Shown here: positions 26,697-32,000 of the stretch, in pieces | How positions within the stretch are numbered: position 1 is the first letter of the stretch | How the letters are laid out: every line of letters begins with the position of its first letter | Origin: Rhodobacter capsulatus SB 1003 | GTDB taxonomy: Bacteria; Pseudomonadota; Alphaproteobacteria; Rhodobacterales; Rhodobacteraceae | Length of the DNA: 32,000 nt | Direction of reading: 5' to 3' | Assembly: GCF_000021865.1 (NCBI RefSeq) | Contig: NC_014034.1 | Coordinates: 540,001-572,000, forward strand | Notes under the pieces: generated by a model | Told to the model about the DNA's origin: nothing | Databases searched by the model: none | What the model saw: the letters and a program-made list of their open reading frames with translations, nothing else | Made by a program: the position numbers and the translations under genes

Positions 26697-27766
26697 TCGA
26701 AACGCGACGGCGCAAGCGCGGACAGAAGCGCGCGGTCGAGCGCGGGCGGGCGGCCCGCGATCAGATCGGCCACAAGTTCGGCGGCCGCAGGGGCCAGCTG
26801 GAAGCCGTAGCCGCCCTGACCGGCCAGCCAGAAAAATCCGGGCGCGGCGGTGTCAAAGCCGATCACCGGGGCACGGTCCGGCGCAAAGCTGCGCAGCCCG
26901 GCCCAATTCGCCAGAAGCCGGGTCACCGGGGCGGTCACCGCCTCCTCATAGCGCGCCAGCCCCTCGGCCAGAACCATGTCATCGGCCCAGGCGTCCTGCG
27001 GCTCCATCGGGTCCTCGTCGGCGGGGGAAACGATCAGCGCCCCGGCATCGGGCTTCATGTACCAGTCTTCGCCGCCGCCGATCACCATCGGCCAGCGGCG
27101 GACATCCAGTCCCTCGGGGGCCGGAATGCGCGCCATCGAGCGGCGCAGCGGCGTGATGCCAAGCGGCCTTGCCCCGGCCAGCGCGGCCACCTGATCGGCC
27201 CAGGCGCCTGCGGCATTGATCACGATCTTCGCGGTGAAGATGGCGCCCGCGGCCTCGACCTCCCAGCCCGCGGGGGTGCGGGTGATCCGGGCGGCGCGGG
27301 ACCGGGTGCGGATCGTGGCGCCTGCCGCCCGGGCCTCGCGGGTGTAGCGGGCCAGAAGCGCGTCGGTGTCGATGTCCTTCGCCCGGTCGGCATAGCCCGC
27401 AAAGGCGACCGTTTCGGGGTTCAGGATCGGCCAGAGCGCCTGCGCCTCGGGGATCGTCAGCGCCTCCAGTTGAAAATGTGCAAGATGGTCGCGAAACCGG
27501 GCCTCGTGACCCGCGTCATCGACCACCATCAGCCCGCGCGGGGTCAGCAGCCCGGAGCCTTCGTAGAAGCCCTGCGAGGCAAGCGAGAGCGCCACCACGA
27601 CCGGATTGCCATAACGCGGTTCATAAAGCGCGGCCGAGCGGGCAGAGGCGTGATAGGCCAGATCGGCCTCGGCCTCGAGCAGCGTCACCGTGCCGAGGGG
27701 GGCGAGATGGGCGGCCGCGGAAAGCCCCGCGATGCCACCGCCAAGAATGAGGAAATCGGTCTGCAT
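26693..27766 (-). CDS. FAD-dependent oxidoreductase (DAO / glycine-D-amino-acid oxidase-like family)
   Basis: 357 aa. The N-terminal dinucleotide fold is DFLILGGGIAGLSAAAHLA, the family shows collinearity (VINAAGAWAD...) and the C-terminal motif is FFWLAGQGGYGFQLAPA. Confidence 0.85.
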   Translation of the reverse strand: MQTDFLILGGGIAGLSAAAHLAPLGTVTLLEAEADLAYHASARSAALYEPRYGNPVVVALSLASQGFYEGSGLLTPRGLMVVDDAGHEARFRDHLAHFQLEALTIPEAQALWPILNPETVAFAGYADRAKDIDTDALLARYTREARAAGATIRTRSRAARITRTPAGWEVEAAGAIFTAKIVINAAGAWADQVAALAGARPLGITPLRRSMARIPAPEGLDVRRWPMVIGGGEDWYMKPDAGALIVSPADEDPMEPQDAWADDMVLAEGLARYEEAVTAPVTRLLANWAGLRSFAPDRAPVIGFDTAAPGFFWLAGQGGYGFQLAPAAAELVADLIAGRPPALDRALLSALAPSRFD

Positions 27767-27859
27767 GGCGACAGGTTAGGGGGCGACCGGCGCAAAGAAA
27801 AGGGTGATTGCGTCGTGCCCCCTTCCGGGCCTAGGCTGAGGACAGCCAAGGAGGGTACG

Positions 27860-27940
27860 ATGAAACAGGTTTGGATGCTTGGACTTCTGCTGGCTCTGGC
27901 GGCCTGCGGCGACAGCGTGCCGCTGGTGCCGTTCCTTTAG
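27860..27940 (+). CDS. Candidate 26-aa micro-lipoprotein
   Basis: An AAGGAGGG SD lies 5-6 nt before the ATG. The peptide MKQVWMLGLLLALAACGDSVPLVPFL has a textbook lipobox (LAAC). A 10-bp GC hairpin follows 14 nt after the stop. It is too short for statistical coding support. Confidence 0.4.
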   Translation: MKQVWMLGLLLALAACGDSVPLVPFL

Positions 27941-27953
27941 GGCCGGGATGACA

Positions 27954-27986
27954 GGGCCGGGGCGCGCTGCTGCGATGCCCCGGCCC
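27954..27986. terminator. GC hairpin between the convergent micro-ORF and OMP gene
   Basis: GGGCCGGGGC, a 13-nt loop, then GCCCCGGCCC form a perfect 10-bp stem. There is no clear U tract on either strand. Confidence 0.45.
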
Positions 27987-27996
27987 CGATCTTGCC

Positions 27997-28704
27997 TCAG
28001 AGGCCCGGCCAGGCCTCGAGGATGCCGCGACGGTCGAAGGTCGCGCCGCGTTTCGCGCCGAAGGTCATCTTCGCGCCGACGCCGATGTAATTGTCGGAAT
28101 AGGCGTCTTCGAACTTGGCATGGCCGACCTGTGCGGTCAGGGCATATTGGCCGATGCGGTATTCGCCTTCGAGCTGCACGCGCGAGGCGTCGAGCGTCAC
28201 CACTTCGGCGCGGTCATAGGACAGCCCGACGCTGGCCGCTTCCGAGGCGTTGTAGGTGGTGCCAAGGCCCAGCAGCGTCGCGTTCATGTCGTTCTGCGTG
28301 CCGCTGGCAAGGTAGATGTCGCTCTCGAACGCGCCGAATTCCAGCCCGGCTTCAAGGCCGGTGTAGTTCAGGCCAAGGCCCAGCTCGTTGCTGTCCGAGC
28401 GCCCGGCGAAGACGCCGAACGAGGCAGTGTCATTGGCGTGATAGATGCCGTGCACGGTGGCTTCGTAGCCGTCGGCCTCCAGCGAGCGGACTTTGGCATA
28501 GGCCAGATCGCCCTGCAGGCTGAAGTTCGGGTCGATGCCGTATTCGGCGCTGCCCGACAGCGTTTTCTTGTCCAGACGGCCGTTGTCGTCGTTCATCAGC
28601 GTGTTGTAGTCGAGCCCGATCGAGGCCCCGGTCAGCTCGCCCGCCATCGCGGCATGCGAGAAAAGCGCGGCCGCACAGGCCGCGGTGAGGATGATGCGTT
28701 TCAT
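27997..28704 (-). CDS. Outer-membrane beta-barrel protein (small porin-like/OMP family)
   Basis: 235 aa with a GGAGG SD and a signal peptide (MKRIILTAACAAALFSHAAMA). Alternating amphipathic strands are rich in G/Y/D/N/S/T (SLQGDLAYAKV, YEATVHGIYH, LGLNYTGLEAGLEFG, VQLEGEYRIGQYALTAQVGH, YIGVGAKMTFG). Confidence 0.75.
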   Translation of the reverse strand: MKRIILTAACAAALFSHAAMAGELTGASIGLDYNTLMNDDNGRLDKKTLSGSAEYGIDPNFSLQGDLAYAKVRSLEADGYEATVHGIYHANDTASFGVFAGRSDSNELGLGLNYTGLEAGLEFGAFESDIYLASGTQNDMNATLLGLGTTYNASEAASVGLSYDRAEVVTLDASRVQLEGEYRIGQYALTAQVGHAKFEDAYSDNYIGVGAKMTFGAKRGATFDRRGILEAWPGL

Positions 28705-28797
28705 TCCTGCCTCCAGTTTCTGTATGTGAACCGGGGCTTACGCCTGTGGCTGCGGTGGGGCAATGACCCGCACGGGCTTGTGAAGGCGCTGCGGCAT

Positions 28798-28825
28798 CCT
28801 GCCCCCCCCCCGACGGGAGGGCAGG
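28798..28825 (-). terminator. Hairpin containing a G10 homopolymer downstream of carB and upstream of the OMP gene
   Basis: The minus-strand RNA reads CCUGCCCUCCC-GUCGGG-GGGGGGGCAGG, an 11-bp stem with one G-U pair. There is no U tract. It starts about 45 nt after the carB stop. Confidence 0.4.
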
Positions 28826-28869
28826 GCTGGTTTCGGGCGGCAAGGCGCCCGCGGCGCGGCCGTGCCTGC

Positions 28870-32000
<3,131 letters not shown>

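Overview
This is a high-GC alphaproteobacterial chromosomal segment. Gene content and synteny look Rhodobacteraceae-like, but that is inference because no database search was possible. The window is mostly core or housekeeping. It holds the distal end of a Tad/Flp pilus operon (cpaF, tadB, tadC, two TPR lipoproteins, an A24 prepilin peptidase) and ispE translationally overlapped with an upstream secreted TPR protein. Further genes are ETF-ubiquinone oxidoreductase, greA plus a co-oriented membrane protein, a divergent TnaA/TPL-family lyase, a small ribbon-helix-helix protein and a thiolase-cupin-FadB operon. It also holds dcp, a CDF transporter, an SH3-like protein, a 2-hydroxyacid dehydrogenase, a low-complexity hypothetical protein, a dimethylglycine/sarcosine dehydrogenase-family enzyme and a GH25 muramidase lipoprotein. 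The remaining genes are an FAD oxidoreductase followed by an AhpD-like gene, a 26-codon lipoprotein candidate, an outer-membrane beta-barrel protein and most of carB. I saw no rRNA, tRNA, CRISPR array, transposase, integrase or recognisable defence, toxin or phage module, and I cannot point to a convincing new multi-gene system. The most unusual signal the genes do not explain is a family of structured palindromic intergenic repeats. Two ~100-bp short copies fill convergent gene gaps, and one ~220-bp MITE-like long copy lies upstream of the fatty-acid operon. The copies show compensatory changes between arms and a structurally conserved but sequence-variable second hairpin. Secondary oddities are the orphan RHH gene, the cupin wedged by overlapping stop/start codons into the beta-oxidation operon, the low-complexity protein, the micro-lipoprotein, a G10 tract inside a hairpin between carB and the OMP gene, an SD-sequestering UUUU hairpin and a 30% GC island in front of the AhpD-like gene. 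The very long ORFs antisense to real genes are GC artefacts.
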